Shown in pieces: positions 48,861 to 61,415 of a stretch of DNA of 64,000 bases. The translations under genes were made by a program, and so were the position numbers. The stretch's first letter is position 1; every line of letters begins with the position of its first letter. Under the pieces are notes generated by a model. That model did not search any database and had not been told where the DNA came from. It saw nothing but the letters and a program-made list of their open reading frames with translations. This stretch comes from Anolis carolinensis (Eukaryota). The stretch covers positions 330,655,402-330,719,401 of the forward strand of contig NC_085841.1 of assembly GCF_035594765.1 (NCBI RefSeq). The letters run 5' to 3'.

Positions 48861-49320
48861 CAAATCCTCCTCCATCCCCAGTAGTGAGCTATGGTTAACT
48901 TTTCTCTGCTGGCATAGGGGTAAAAAGGGTATGAGCATTCTTAGAAGTAGTGAATTAGGTATAGTTGCAGGGATCATAATCTGCTTTTTAGCAAATTCTC
49001 CATGATGCAGGAAGAAATAACAACTTCTTGAATATTTTATATTAACATTGCAATCCTATTTATGTTAACTAGAAGTAAACTCTGTTGAATGGTATAATTT
49101 ACTCCCAGGTGTATGTGGTCTTTAGATGTTCATGTAAGAGTTTTTATCAAGGACTAAGATTGTTTACTATTTCATAACTCAAATATATAATATTAAATTT
49201 TTATTGAGTTTCCAGGCCTTGTTGATCATACTGGGACTGATAAGCAGACTAGAGAATTCCATCATAAGAATAAAAAGGAGTGAAAATTCTTTATGGATAT
49301 CATGAAGGTCTAGTCTACTA

Positions 49321-50519
49321 CGAGGGTTGAATGAAAAGTAATGCCTCCACCTTCGTAACTCCACAACAGATGGCAGTACTGGTATGCGGCAGGTACTGGC
49401 TTGTTTAGTAGACTCTCCTCTACAGTTCCATTTGAAGGGAAGCCTTAGCATTGAATGGTTGTGTTGTTGAAGTGCGAAGTATGGAACCTTGTGCAGATGG
49501 TCGGTTAATGTGACTTAAGCAACATGCAGTCACTGAATTCTTGACAGCAGAAGGTGTCACCCCAAAGGAGATCCATCAGAGAATGCAAGCTGCTTATGGT
49601 GATTGTGTTGATGTGAGTACTGTGTGTCATTGGGTGAGTAAGTTTAAAGATGTTGAGGTGGGAACATCTGACTTGCGTGACAAACGAAGAGTTGGACGTC
49701 CTTTACTTGACTATCGGAAGATCTGTGCACGATGGGTACCCAGGTTGCTGATGCCTGAAATGAAAGTGCACAGTCTTGAAATTTGCCAGGAACTCCTCTC
49801 ACGTTATGAGAATGAGGGTAATGCCTTTCTCCATTCAATTGTGACAGGAGATGAAACATGGGTTCACCATTACGACCCGGAGACAAAGTGTCAGTCTATG
49901 GAATATCGATACAAAAGACTCGCCCCAGAAAAAGAAATTCAAGACACAGCCCTCAGCTGGAAAAATCATGGCAACAATGTTCTGGGATGCAGATGGTGTT
50001 ATCTATGTTGATTTCCTTGAATGTGGAACAACAATAAATTCAGAGTGTTACATCACAACGCTGCAAACTTTGAAACAACGGCTGACAAGAATCTGAAAGG
50101 AAAAGGGAAATGTTTTCCTGCAGCATGACAATGCCAAACCACACTCTTCACATGCCACCACAGCAGAACTTCAGAGACTGCATCCTCCATACAGTCCAGA
50201 TTTAGCACCGTCTGACTTCCATCTGTTCCTGATAATGAAAGAAGATCTATGGGGACATCATTATGCTTCTGATGAAGATGTTGAGAGAACTGTGAGATGC
50301 TGGTTTCGGAAACAGAGTGTCGACTTCTTCCGTGACGGCTTCAGAAAACTTGTTCATCGTTGGCAGAAATGTATCCAATGTCTGGTGATTATGTGGAAAA
50401 GTGAATAGTGGTAGTTAAAGAGCACATTCTAAGGATTATTTCTGCGTTTGATTTATTAAAATATTCCCATCCAAACCCAAGTAATGAAGGTGGAGGCATT
50501 ACTTTTCACTCAGCCCTCG
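49321..50519 (+). mobile_element. Mariner transposon with decayed, internally deleted transposase
   Basis: TIRs CGAGGGTTGAATGAAAAGTAATGCCTCCACCTTC, TA flanks; motifs WVPRLL, IVTGDETW, HDNA.PH, YSPDLAPSDFHLF broken by frameshifts and stops. Confidence 0.93.
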
Positions 50520-50529
50520 TATTTACTTA

Positions 50530-51074
50530 GGGCCCTTTCAGACAGGCCCAAAATGCAGGACCTGTCTCAGTTTTACCTGAAATGTCCAAATGACATCTCA
50601 GGTAAAATTGTATTAATCCAGAGAAAACCAGGATATCCCAGTTTGCTCTGATTAATTTGACACCTGAAAAGATCCCGACCTTGAGCCAAGGTCCAGATCT
50701 TTGCAGGTGAGGGCTCTGTGGTGATTGACTCTCAAGATTACTTCTGCAGTCCCAGGGGTCAATCCCCACAGCGATCCCAGTTCTTTGAACTCCTCCTAGA
50801 GCCCGAAGGAGCAGGATGGCACCCCTCCCCTCCCAGCACCCCATTTCCCCCCCCCCCAAAACCTACCTGAGGGGCCTGCACTGCCAGGAGGCCTCTCAGA
50901 TATGTTTGGGGGGGGGGGGGTTGAAGGGTGGCTGGATGCTCTCTTCGTCAATCTTTATAGCCATCCCTGAGAGAAATCCCAGGGTTGTGGAAGGGTATAG
51001 GACCTTAACCCCTGAAGGAACTGGGTTTAAATAACCCAGTTCCTCCCAGGATTAATGCCTGTCTGCAAGGGCCC
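50530..51074. mobile_element. Harbinger/PIF-like non-autonomous element
   Basis: TIRs GGGCCCTTTCAGACAGGC / GCCTGTCTGCAAGGGCCC; TTA and TCA flanks. Confidence 0.7.
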
Positions 51075-51587
51075 TCAGAGTCATCATGATGGTCAACTTC
51101 TTATAGGACTGCTGGAATTACATTCTGTTACTAATTGGCCAGAAGTTAATGATAATATTTTGACAGCATGTGAACATGAATTTAATGAGTGTGGCATGTG
51201 TGTGTGCTGATTGGTTTCTGAAAGGGAAGTACCTTAGGCTCAACTTGTCTGCATTTGGGATGACCCCAATCATACTTCAAGTGGAGATAGTGGACTCAAT
51301 TTAAGAAATCATGAGGTGAGAGGAGTTGCAGTTCAGCTTCTTGCACATCCTCTTAATCAGATGTATTTCAGTATCAATGTAAATTGGATGTAAAAGGTGT
51401 TCAGGCAACAGATTGTATAGTATAGGTTATGCATGTGTCTTCTCCCCTTGCTCATGAGGCTTTTTTCTCTTAAAGCTAACTTTCCACCCTGTCCTTCATT
51501 TATTTTCAGTTGGGACTTACCCAGATATTAAACAAATGGGTGTGGTTCCAGACTCAGTGTTCCCCCTGTTGTCACTTTGTGTTTCAG

Positions 51588-51655
51588 GAGACCATCATGA
51601 GTGCTATGGGCACTGAGAGAATTAGCCACATCATTGGTGATTCCTGCCAAAAAGA
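51588..51655 (+). CDS. GPATCH2L: GPATCH2L exon 6
   Basis: ETIMSAMGTERISHIIGDSCQK; 68 nt, TCAG| and |GTAAGC. Confidence 0.92.
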
Positions 51656-51959
51656 GTAAGCATATGTGTCTTGCTGACAAAACTCTTAGAAGCTGGAGTC
51701 TCATGGTACAGAATGAGATTAGTCTTTGCTTGCCTTATATGACTTGGTAGGGGATGTTTGTAGTTAAGAAGGGATAAGGAGTTTATCTTGCCTACTTCCC
51801 ATGGCCCTAAAAATGGCTATTAGTTGAATCAGTCTCCTCATTCTTTCATAATATACATTTATTAAATACACAAATGCCTATCATTGATTAATAAAAGGTC
51901 AGATCTAGGGGGCTGCTAACATTGCTGCATCATACCAGTGTCATTACCAAAAGTAGTAG

Positions 51960-52246
51960 GTAAAGGTAAAGGTTTTCCCTTGACATTGAGTCTAGTTGTT
52001 TCCGAATCTGGCAGTTGTACTCATCTCCATTTCTAAGCCAAAGAGCCCGCGTTGTCCATAGACACCTCCAAGGTCATGTGGCCGGCATGACTGCATGGAG
52101 CGCCGTTACCTTCCTGGCGGAGCGGTATCTATTGATCTGCTCACATTTGCATGTTTTCGAACTGCTAGGTTGGCAGAAGCTGGGGCTAACAGCGAGAGCT
52201 CACCCCGCTCCATGGATTTAAACCGCCGACCACCACCGAGGGCTCC
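51960..52246 (-). mobile_element. Sauria SINE with 13-bp TSD
   Basis: CCAAAAGTAGTAG at 51947-51959 and 52247-52259; short deletion in the tRNA-like head. Confidence 0.85.
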
Positions 52247-52622
52247 CCAAAAGTAGTAGCCAGTTTTTTTCTAAAGGGAGGGGTTAACAATGTTCTGTTC
52301 TTCAAAGGGCAGCTCACTTTCGCTATAAATGTGGAGGCAGGACTAAAAGGTTTCTTCTTGATATGGTGGCACTATTTGCTGCACCCTGTAAACTTAAAAT
52401 AGTGTGGGTTCCCTTGATTGTGCTTCATTTAATTAAGTTTTCCTTAGTTGTTGGTGGGTAGATTTATTCCCATTGTCTTGATCCTGTCTTTAGCACGCTT
52501 GTGTTTCATGAAAATCTAACCTGTTTTTCTTTCTTTTGCATCTACTTTTCCTTGTTTTTGGTTTTTCCCCCCATTCTTTTCTCATGCTTCCTCCGATTTC
52601 ATGTCTTCTGCCAACTCTCTAG

Positions 52623-52662
52623 TTTCTGGTTGCCATCAGTGGGAATGAGAGATCGCAACCAG
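52623..52662 (+). CDS. GPATCH2L: GPATCH2L exon 7a (frame-preserving)
   Basis: (D)FWLPSVGMRDRNQ; 40 nt, long pyrimidine tract and CTAG|, donor CAG|GTAAGC; joins exon 6 (phase 2) to exon 8 (phase 0). Confidence 0.85.
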
Positions 52663-52720
52663 GTAAGCGGGATCTACTTTACTTTCTTTGTAAATTTTCA
52701 CTGGACTTCTGTCTCTTAAG

Positions 52721-52774
52721 AAAGAATAAAAGCTTGGCTTTCAGTTTCTTCTTCCACATTGCTGACTGCAAAAG
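52721..52774 (+). other. GPATCH2L: GPATCH2L alternative exon 7b candidate (54 nt, frame-shifting here)
   Basis: (E)KNKSLAFSFFFHIADCK resembles human EKNKALASDFPHISACAHE (recalled); TAAG| and AAG|GTAAGG. Confidence 0.6.
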
Positions 52775-53804
52775 GTAAGGTCTCCTCATTCTTTGGTCTT
52801 GTGCTATGCCTAGTAAGCCACAGTAGTTCCTTCTGCAAAAGGTACTTCAGGATTTCAACCTTCTTTTGCTATCAAGCTCTTGAGCTACCTTGTCATCTTG
52901 CTTTCTGATTATTTTGAAAGTAGGCAAGCATTTAAATAAATAAACTTTCTTCTTGAACAGTGTTTGGAAGTTTTGATATTTTTCATATCTCCTGTGACTG
53001 GCATTCAGCCATGCACTGTGTGTGTTTCTGTGTGCCTGATTGTCTGTGTAGAGAGAGAACACCATGAGGATTTTACACTTGAGTTCTTCAGTTGCACCCT
53101 CTCCTAGGTTACACCAATGAAAGAGATTAATGAACCAACTCTTGGGCATGTAAAGTGGTTTAATTAATAAACACTGATGCTGCTAGATAATGGAGCTTCT
53201 CTTCCTCTTTCAGTGGCAAACACTTATCCTTTTAAATTCAGAAGCATTTGGGCTGTTTTCCTCCCCATTCAGTGTTTCTATCTTGTTTCACAGGCAATGA
53301 TGGCACCTACTCTGTTTCTCAAATTGACCCTCGCGCCCAAGCCAGTCAAGCAAATTCTGAAGCTTGGTTGATGATATTGTGTCTTCCTTTCTTTCTTTGA
53401 CAGAATATATGTTTACTTTTATAAGTGATAGGCGTGAATATCTGGTAAAACTTTAAAAACAGGTTATTCTGTGAGTCCCAAGGAAATCCTCTCCCTGCTG
53501 AATGCCTATAAACTTGTAGTTTGAAGCAAAATATATTAATCCAGTTGAAAGGGAATTGTAATTTTGATTCCTTTACATTCTGAATGTTTCAGGTCTAATT
53601 CTTCCTATTGCATTTTTACTTCTTTGTGATTTATGGAAATCAAGCTTTAGTAATTGCAGAATTATCTTTCCAAATTTAAGCGAGAGAAGGTGGCTTTTTA
53701 AAAGAAAATCTATATAATGCACATTCCTGTGCAGAGTTATTTCATCAGTTTGCATCACAGTAAACTTATGTTGAAAGTAATCAATAAAATGCACCACAGC
53801 AGTT

Positions 53805-54066
53805 AGCTCCCGGTGGCACAGTGGGTTAAACTCTTGTGCCGGCAGGACTGCTGACCGACAGTTCAACAATTTGAATCCGGGGGGAGCAGGTGAGCTCCTT
53901 CTGTCAGCTCTAGCTCCCATGCGGGGACATGAGAGAAGCCTCCCACAAGGATGGTAAAACATCAAACATCCAGGCGTCCCCTGGGCGATGTCTTTGCAGA
54001 CAGCCAATTCTCTCACACCAGAAGCGACTTGCAGTTTCTCAAGCCACTCCTGACACACACACAAAA
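53805..54066 (+). mobile_element. tRNA-derived SINE, full length
   Basis: Head GGTGGCACAGTGGGTTAAAC, tail CCTGACAC..AAAA, flanking repeat ACCACAGCA. Confidence 0.75.
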
Positions 54067-54694
54067 ACCACAGCAATTGATGAGGTCAGCATTTGCAAGT
54101 GTTTGTGCAGATAGGTGACAAGGTGAAATATGTCAACATTGCTATAAATGGCGCTATTTGTCAGCATCCTTTGCTCAGAAGAGTGAACTCAGAAGATTGA
54201 ACTGATCTAAATATTCAGCAAGGCACACATGGTACAATTTTCCTGTGACTGAACCAGTATAAATATACAGAGAATTACAAGTAGCCTAAATTTGTATGTA
54301 ATAAACATGTCATATTATGGTAACATGATATGGGAAAATATTTGGTCTATTGATAAAGTTGTTGGCTTCCCTCTTGTCTCTGCTAAGAACAGTTAGTTTA
54401 TGTAATTTTGTGTTGCAAATGCAATTTTCTGTGATACTGAAGTTGTATCTATGCAAGTTCTCAAATGAATTACAGTTGGCCCTCCATACCGAGAGATTCT
54501 GTATCCACAGATTCAACCATCTACTACTTGAAACTATACCCCCCATTACAAAATCCCAAAGGCAAACCTTGATTTTGCCATTCTATATAAGGGGAATGAT
54601 TTTACTACAACATTGTATATAATAGGACTTGATCATCCATTGATTTTTGTATCCATGGTTTGGGGGGGGGGGGGGTTATAACCAAACTCTAGTG

Positions 54695-55104
54695 CTGCGT
54701 TTCTTAACCTGGGGGTTGGGACCCCTGGGGTGGGTTGCAAGAGGGGTTCAAGGGGTTGCCAAAGACCCGTATTTTCTGTTGCTCATGTGGGTTCTGTGTG
54801 GGAAGTTTGGCCCAATTCTATTGTTGGTGGGGTTCAAGGGGCTCTTTGATTGTAGGTGAACTATAAATCTCAGAAACTACAACACTCCACCAGTGTTCAA
54901 ATTTGGGCATATTGGATATTTGTGCCAAATTTGGTCTAGTGAATGAAAACACATCCTGCATATCAGATTTTTGCATTACGATTAATAACAGTAGCAATAT
55001 GACAGTTATGAAGTAGCAACGAAAATAATTTTATGGTTGGGGATTACCAAAACATGAGGAACTGTATTAAAGGGTCGCAGCATTAGGAAGATTGAGAACC
55101 ACTG
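54695..55104 (+). mobile_element. SPIN (Space Invader)-type non-autonomous hAT, nested in an older TA-flanked element (~54472-55130)
   Basis: SPIN-like 3' end ...GAAGTAGCAACGAAAATAATTTTATGGTTGGGG...GAGGAACTGTATTAAAGGGTCGCAGCATTAGGAAGATTGAGAACCACTG; 8-bp TSD CTCTAGTG. Confidence 0.85.
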
Positions 55105-55650
55105 CTCTAGTGGATACCAGAGGCCCACTATATGTTGATGGCAAAGATTTCATGGCAGAGGTTGACCGTGGTTATGTTAGAGATAATGATGCAGAAATGA
55201 GAACAAACATAGTGTCTAGAGCAGTCATGTTCTAACTTCAACCCTACAATTCCCACAATTCCTAACAGCTGGTAAACTGGCTAGGATTTCTGGGAGTTGA
55301 AATCCAAAACACCCGGAGGGCCGAAGTCTGCCCATGCCTGGTCTAAAGGTAGTTTCAGTCACTTGGAAAATAGAAAACTGTTTCCTCAAAGGATTGGTGG
55401 AGTTAGGTGTGTTGCTAACTGATCTTAGAAAAGTTAGTTTTTGGATTATAACTTTTAGAATCCTCTGAAAGATATAGTTTCAGAAGTAACTTTTCCAGAC
55501 TCTGGCTTCTAGCTGTGTTGGCTTGTCTCCTTAAGAGAAGAGAGGAATATTACTTGGTATTCTGCGTGACTGGATGGGGAGAATTTAACCATCTTTATTC
55601 AGATAGTGTCACATGATATGCTGTTAACCACACTTCTCTTGCCTTTCTAG

Positions 55651-55736
55651 TTCAATCCACTATCTCCCCTGTATTCTTTGGATGTTCTTGCTGATGCTTC
55701 CCACCGAAGGTGCTCTCCAGCACACTGCACAGCCAG
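55651..55736 (+). CDS. GPATCH2L: GPATCH2L exon 8
   Basis: FNPLSPLYSLDVLADASHRRCSPAHCTA(R); 86 nt, CTAG| and |GTAACT. Confidence 0.95.
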
Positions 55737-58700
55737 GTAACTATTACGATTCACTTTTGTTGTGGGGAATAATAATATCTGACAGCTTACGTGATATATC
55801 TGTCAGAAAATAGGCTACTCAGATAGTTTTATTTAAAACATTTCTACATGTCTTTCCCCTAGGCAGTTAATAACCGTAACGTTAAAGAAATTAAATGACC
55901 TTAAGGTAAACATCAACTCCAAAACAAAAAGCAGCAGAACAAAACAGAGCCTTACAGCACTCTTTAAAATAAGGACATGGTACAAAAAACAGACTTCATA
56001 AAAAAGAAATTTGTTGTGCAGCAGAAGCCATTAATTAAGAAGAGTGCAATGTACTGTTTACTATTTAGCATCTGTTCAGTATCAAAGCTTTTACAGTTGT
56101 TTAGTCCCAAGTACACCTACAGAATTATGGAAACTGAATTGCTAAATTCAGTACTTGAGTTGGGGCCTATATTTTGTAGCTGGGTAAACATGAAGTTCTC
56201 CTAATATTGGTGCACAACTCAGGATTCCTTATTACTGAGTAGACTGGCTTGCACTATTAGAAGTTTCAGTCCAACATTATCTGGAAGGCTGTATAGTTCT
56301 ACAGTACTTTAAGAATGCCATGACTCTAGGTGAGATATTGAGAGAATTGATCTATGCTTGAAGGATAAGGATTCTTTTAACTTATGTTAAATTGTGACTT
56401 TGATTCCATGTACAGAATATAACTGCCATATCTGTGATTTAGAGGACAGTTTTCTTTCAAGGGAATTATCTTCCATTCCTATTTGTGGCATGACTCATTT
56501 CTATGTTTACTGAAATATTCCTTGAGTGTTTATATATGTTCTTATTTTCTGATATGTAGTGTATAGTTCAAGATGAATTATACATGAAGAAACTTATTTT
56601 ATGACAGGGGCTTAGTTTTGTGACAGATTCTTAGATTAAGACTAGGATGGCAGCCAGTAGTGAGGATCTATGTAGACTTTGTATTAGACTTGTAACTGTT
56701 TGCTGATAGTGTCTAAGTGTCTAATTTTAAAACATTATGAGATAGAAATACATATTTCCAAGTCCCATATGAGTGTGATTTTTTTAATTGCATGATGATT
56801 TTGAAGTAAAAATTTGCCACAAAATCCACCCCTGCCCCATAAATAGAGCTTATGAACTCATAAATAGAATGTGCTAATAAGATCAATCTTTTTGAATGTG
56901 GGATTCTCAGGTGTCCTACTTTAGGGTGCACTAGGAAGAAAGATACAACAACCTTCAAAAGTTGTTGTGGCTTAGGCTGTAGTTGGGCCAACTGGCATTT
57001 CAGTGTGCATTTCATTTTTTCATCCCTTCATAAACCGTCAGTGCCTGCAAGACTTGTCTTCCTTTGGAAAGCCATTTGTGGATGCATTACCCAATGGAAA
57101 AGCCTGTTAACAGCCAAATACTGTTTTTGTTTTTGTTTTAACTGCCTTCCTTAGTCCATATTATCTTTGCCTCCCTAGTGGTTCCTGGTACAATTCATTT
57201 AAGTGGCATAGCAGTTGTCATGTAACTCATTGCTTCATTTAAACAGAGCCGCCAGCCAGATTGCTGAATTTGAAGCCATGGGTGTGCAAGGAGGGGTTCT
57301 TCAGTGTCAAGGAGAAGGCCCTGTACGAAGGCTTCCTTGGAAGATGCAGTTAAAAGACTGTATAAATTGCAATATACCAAGATTCCCTTTCTTGCTTCCT
57401 GTCTCTGATGTGTTGAGAGTTCTCTCAAAGTGACAGAAACAGCACTGGGAATTCCACACCCATCATTAGACAGGGTGTGCACGCATGCACTCATGTGTGC
57501 CTGGTGACTGTTATCATTAGTAGTATAATTTTATTTTGCAAAGCGAGGAGTGTTTTCTGTTTTTTTTTCACCTTCCTCCCTGGAGATGGTTGGTGTATTA
57601 ATTTGCTGGATTGCCTCCTGGCTGTTCCCAGGCTGTTTTTGATTCTTCATCATGGAATTTTAATGGCCTGCTGCCTCTCGGGAGGAATGTGAGGAAGAGC
57701 ATCTTGGGGACTGCTTCCTTTCTTTTCACATGCCTGTAATTGCTGCTCTTTAAGAGCACAAAGCATTTACTAATCATGCCATGTCTGTCATGGCTTCTGT
57801 TTTGACAAGGCTTTCTCTTTAGAGAAAAGCATGAAGAAGTTGGCATTGAGACTTCATTTCAGTACCATTTTTGTGCCTCCAACTTGTGAATGGCATCATA
57901 CTTCTTTTTCATGATCTTTTATATTGACAGTTTTCCTTGCTGGCTTGGAGCATTGTTGATTAGTTGGCCATTTGGGTTGACAGTATGCTGTTTCTCAAAA
58001 ATAGTCCCAAGATTTCCCATGCAGAGTCATGTTTCTGTCAGGAGTCTTGCTTTGTCTTGGTCGTTCGGTTGTGGTAAGAGTTTGAATTTAGCATGAAATC
58101 TCTTGCATCCAAGGCAGATGAAGACAAACATGAGTATTTGACCTGCTCAATTGAGACAGTACAGATGGGGACAGAGCATGATGTAGCATCAGTCAATGGA
58201 ACAATACTCATAGATCTTGAGCAAAACAAGTCTTAAAGGTGCTTATGCCAGTCTCTGGGAAACTTCTTTCCAGCATTTATTGGTAAGTGAAGCCTAAAGG
58301 AGAACACTAGCTGGAGTTCATTCCAAATAATAATATATATCTGTATGCACATCATCATCATCACCACCACCACCACCACCATCTCTTGGAATTCTAGAAA
58401 TAGGCAGTCTGGTTGCCATTCTGTTCAGTACAGGTGTACACAAGAGTTTTAAATTGTTATTTTCTTTACATAGACACTTTTCTGTGTGTAGTAATGAGTT
58501 AATCCTTACATACAAAGATGTCATGTTTGATGGGGCAGATTGGAACTACCAGTAGTTACTTCCACCTGTGATGTGCAGATCAGACTTAGGTGCTCAGCTG
58601 GCTGGTGTCTTTTCAAAGAGAAGGAGGATGTCTGTTCTTACTAATAATTTTGACCTTTGAAGGCATCGGAAATAGCCCCAGGTGGTATCTCAAGCCACCT

Positions 58701-61196
58701 TTAATGCAACCCATACTTGCAGAGGATGCTGTAAGCACAATGGAAACAGCTAGGCTGAGTTCAGCCTTGTTATCCATACCACAAACAGTAAGTGTGTTAT
58801 ACTAAGCATTTCTTTCTACATGAATATATCTGAACAATTTGTTTGGAAGAGAACATATTAGCACTCCTTGCTGTATGACTTTACATTAGCACAATCCATG
58901 TACATTATTTCAGAATTTGGGATAAAGGAAAAACCTTCAATTGTATCAGTAGTGTGTGGGTTTGCAGTGAGCAACTGATATCTCAGGTTCTTTGAAAGCC
59001 CTCAGTTGCTTATGAAATTCCTGAGTTTGATATTATAATAACAAAGGACTCCAGTTTTCAATTGAGGCCCCTCTCTGTTGTGAAGCGAGTGCTTTGTATA
59101 GCTGTCACTATGAAGGTCAATTGCAATTAAACATGAATTCTTAGAAGTGACTCTTTAGTGTAGAGAGTTTCTTGAAATCTTTCATTCCATCTTGTTTGCA
59201 TCAGATACATTTGAAGAAAAGAAGACTAGATTTCCTCCCCAACCCACTGTGCTGTAACTGCTGACCCAAATACACTGATTCTGATGTTGCAGTCTAGTGT
59301 TGAGTAGGCAAGCAAGTGCATTCCTTCTACATTTATTCCTTTCATTTATCAATTTTCCCACTTCTTGGATATTTTAATGCCAAGACATAATAGTTGTGCT
59401 TTATTATAGAGATGATAATTGATAAAGAATTAAATATGGGGTGTATGTATCAGATTTCTGGCTATTTTATTACATAGACACTTGATTCATCATGAGATGG
59501 GATGGACTGAGCACATTTTTAGGGAAACTGGTTGTTGCTGCTACTCTAAGTTGTAAATAATGGGGTGTGTTTCTGCTGTTTTGGCTAGAGCATTGCTAAA
59601 GAAAACTCAACATGGGATACCAATCAATTGAGATTGTGGATATGCTCTTATTACATGGGAAGAAAAACACCTATTTGATTAGAAGTACTGTGCTGATTTC
59701 TTTTTCTTCATATAAAATATCCCAAAAATGACCATCATGTATTATGTTGATGACTTACTGCATGCTGGACACTGCTACTTCAATGCACAACATTAGATCC
59801 TGAGAAATTGTTCAGTACATAGCTTTAGCCTTGTGTCCTGATAAATTTGTGACCATTTTCTTATACTGAGGTTAGGTTACAAAGTAATTGTAGACTGTTC
59901 CTTCAAGTCCTCTCAGCTGAACTTTAAAACATGTGGACAGCCTGGAAAAAGTAGTTTTAGCAGTCAGGCGTGGAAATGGTCCTATTTTAAACAATTGAAG
60001 TCCATATGAAGGCACTTTGCAGCACTTCTCCAAAGCTTTTGATGGTGAGGGAAAAAACATATTTTTGGTCTGCCTGTCTTGTCAACTACTTTTTGTTATT
60101 ACTGGTTTGATTAGAGACTTTCAGAGGAGTAGCTGAATGTTGATACATTGGTGTCCTTAACTGGACTATATCTATTTATCCTCTCATATATTTTCCTGGG
60201 TGTTTGAATCCATTGATTTATGGGTTTAGCACACAATGAGGACTTGAAATGCCCAGTTGTACCACTGCATTGGTCAAAGATAGAGAGAGGTCAATACTGT
60301 CTTGATTTATTAAGCAATCAATAAAGCATAAACTTCAATGAAATGTTCATGAAAATGTTAGCTGGTATTTCTATATTGTGTGCCGGACATTTTCATAACT
60401 CATAACTTTTTTCATTTCAGAAAAGTATTTCTATTTTTTTATCACACCTTTTATCTTTTTTTGATTTTTTTGTGGTGATGATTGAATAACCTCAGGGCAA
60501 TTCTTCCAGAGTTTTAAAAAATGTTATCACTTTGTCTCATAGGATTAGGGTAAAACAGTGTATGTCAGATCCAGGGTTAGTCATCGGCAGAGTAGAGCCT
60601 CTAGAATGACTGAAACTTGCATTCATTTCCACATTTTAAAAAACTATGATCTAACATTTCAGATTCTACATTGTGATCTAAATGTTTTATTTTATAAAAG
60701 TACAGGTACATCTCAGTTAACAAAGTAGATACATTCTTGGGCTGTACTTATTTAACAGAAAATTTCATACCAGATGTAGAAATAGCACAGAAAGGAAAGA
60801 GATATGATCCTACAACACAAAAAAGCAGAGCAATTTACATTTCAACAAATTTTTTATTTAAAATCAATAAAACTACTTATAAATCTGTGATATGAAACAA
60901 ATAGGTAGGTAAACCTTGCATGAGTAGGCAAAAACATTTTGTATCTTTTAGAGACTACTTGGGATTTTTAAAACTTTATTTAGCCTCTACTTTCCTTCTG
61001 ACATCCTTTTGGATAATCTTATAAATCTATGCTTTTTCAACATACTACGGTATTTAATGTGGCAGTCAAACCTGATTTCCTTTCCCCCTTTCTGTATTGC
61101 TCTTCACAGATGCTTAATAAATTGATTCTGGAGGCAGCTGTTACCTTGCCTGTTGTATGTATGCTCACACAGCTACAGCATGATCACCAAGAGTAG

Positions 61197-61415
<219 letters not shown>

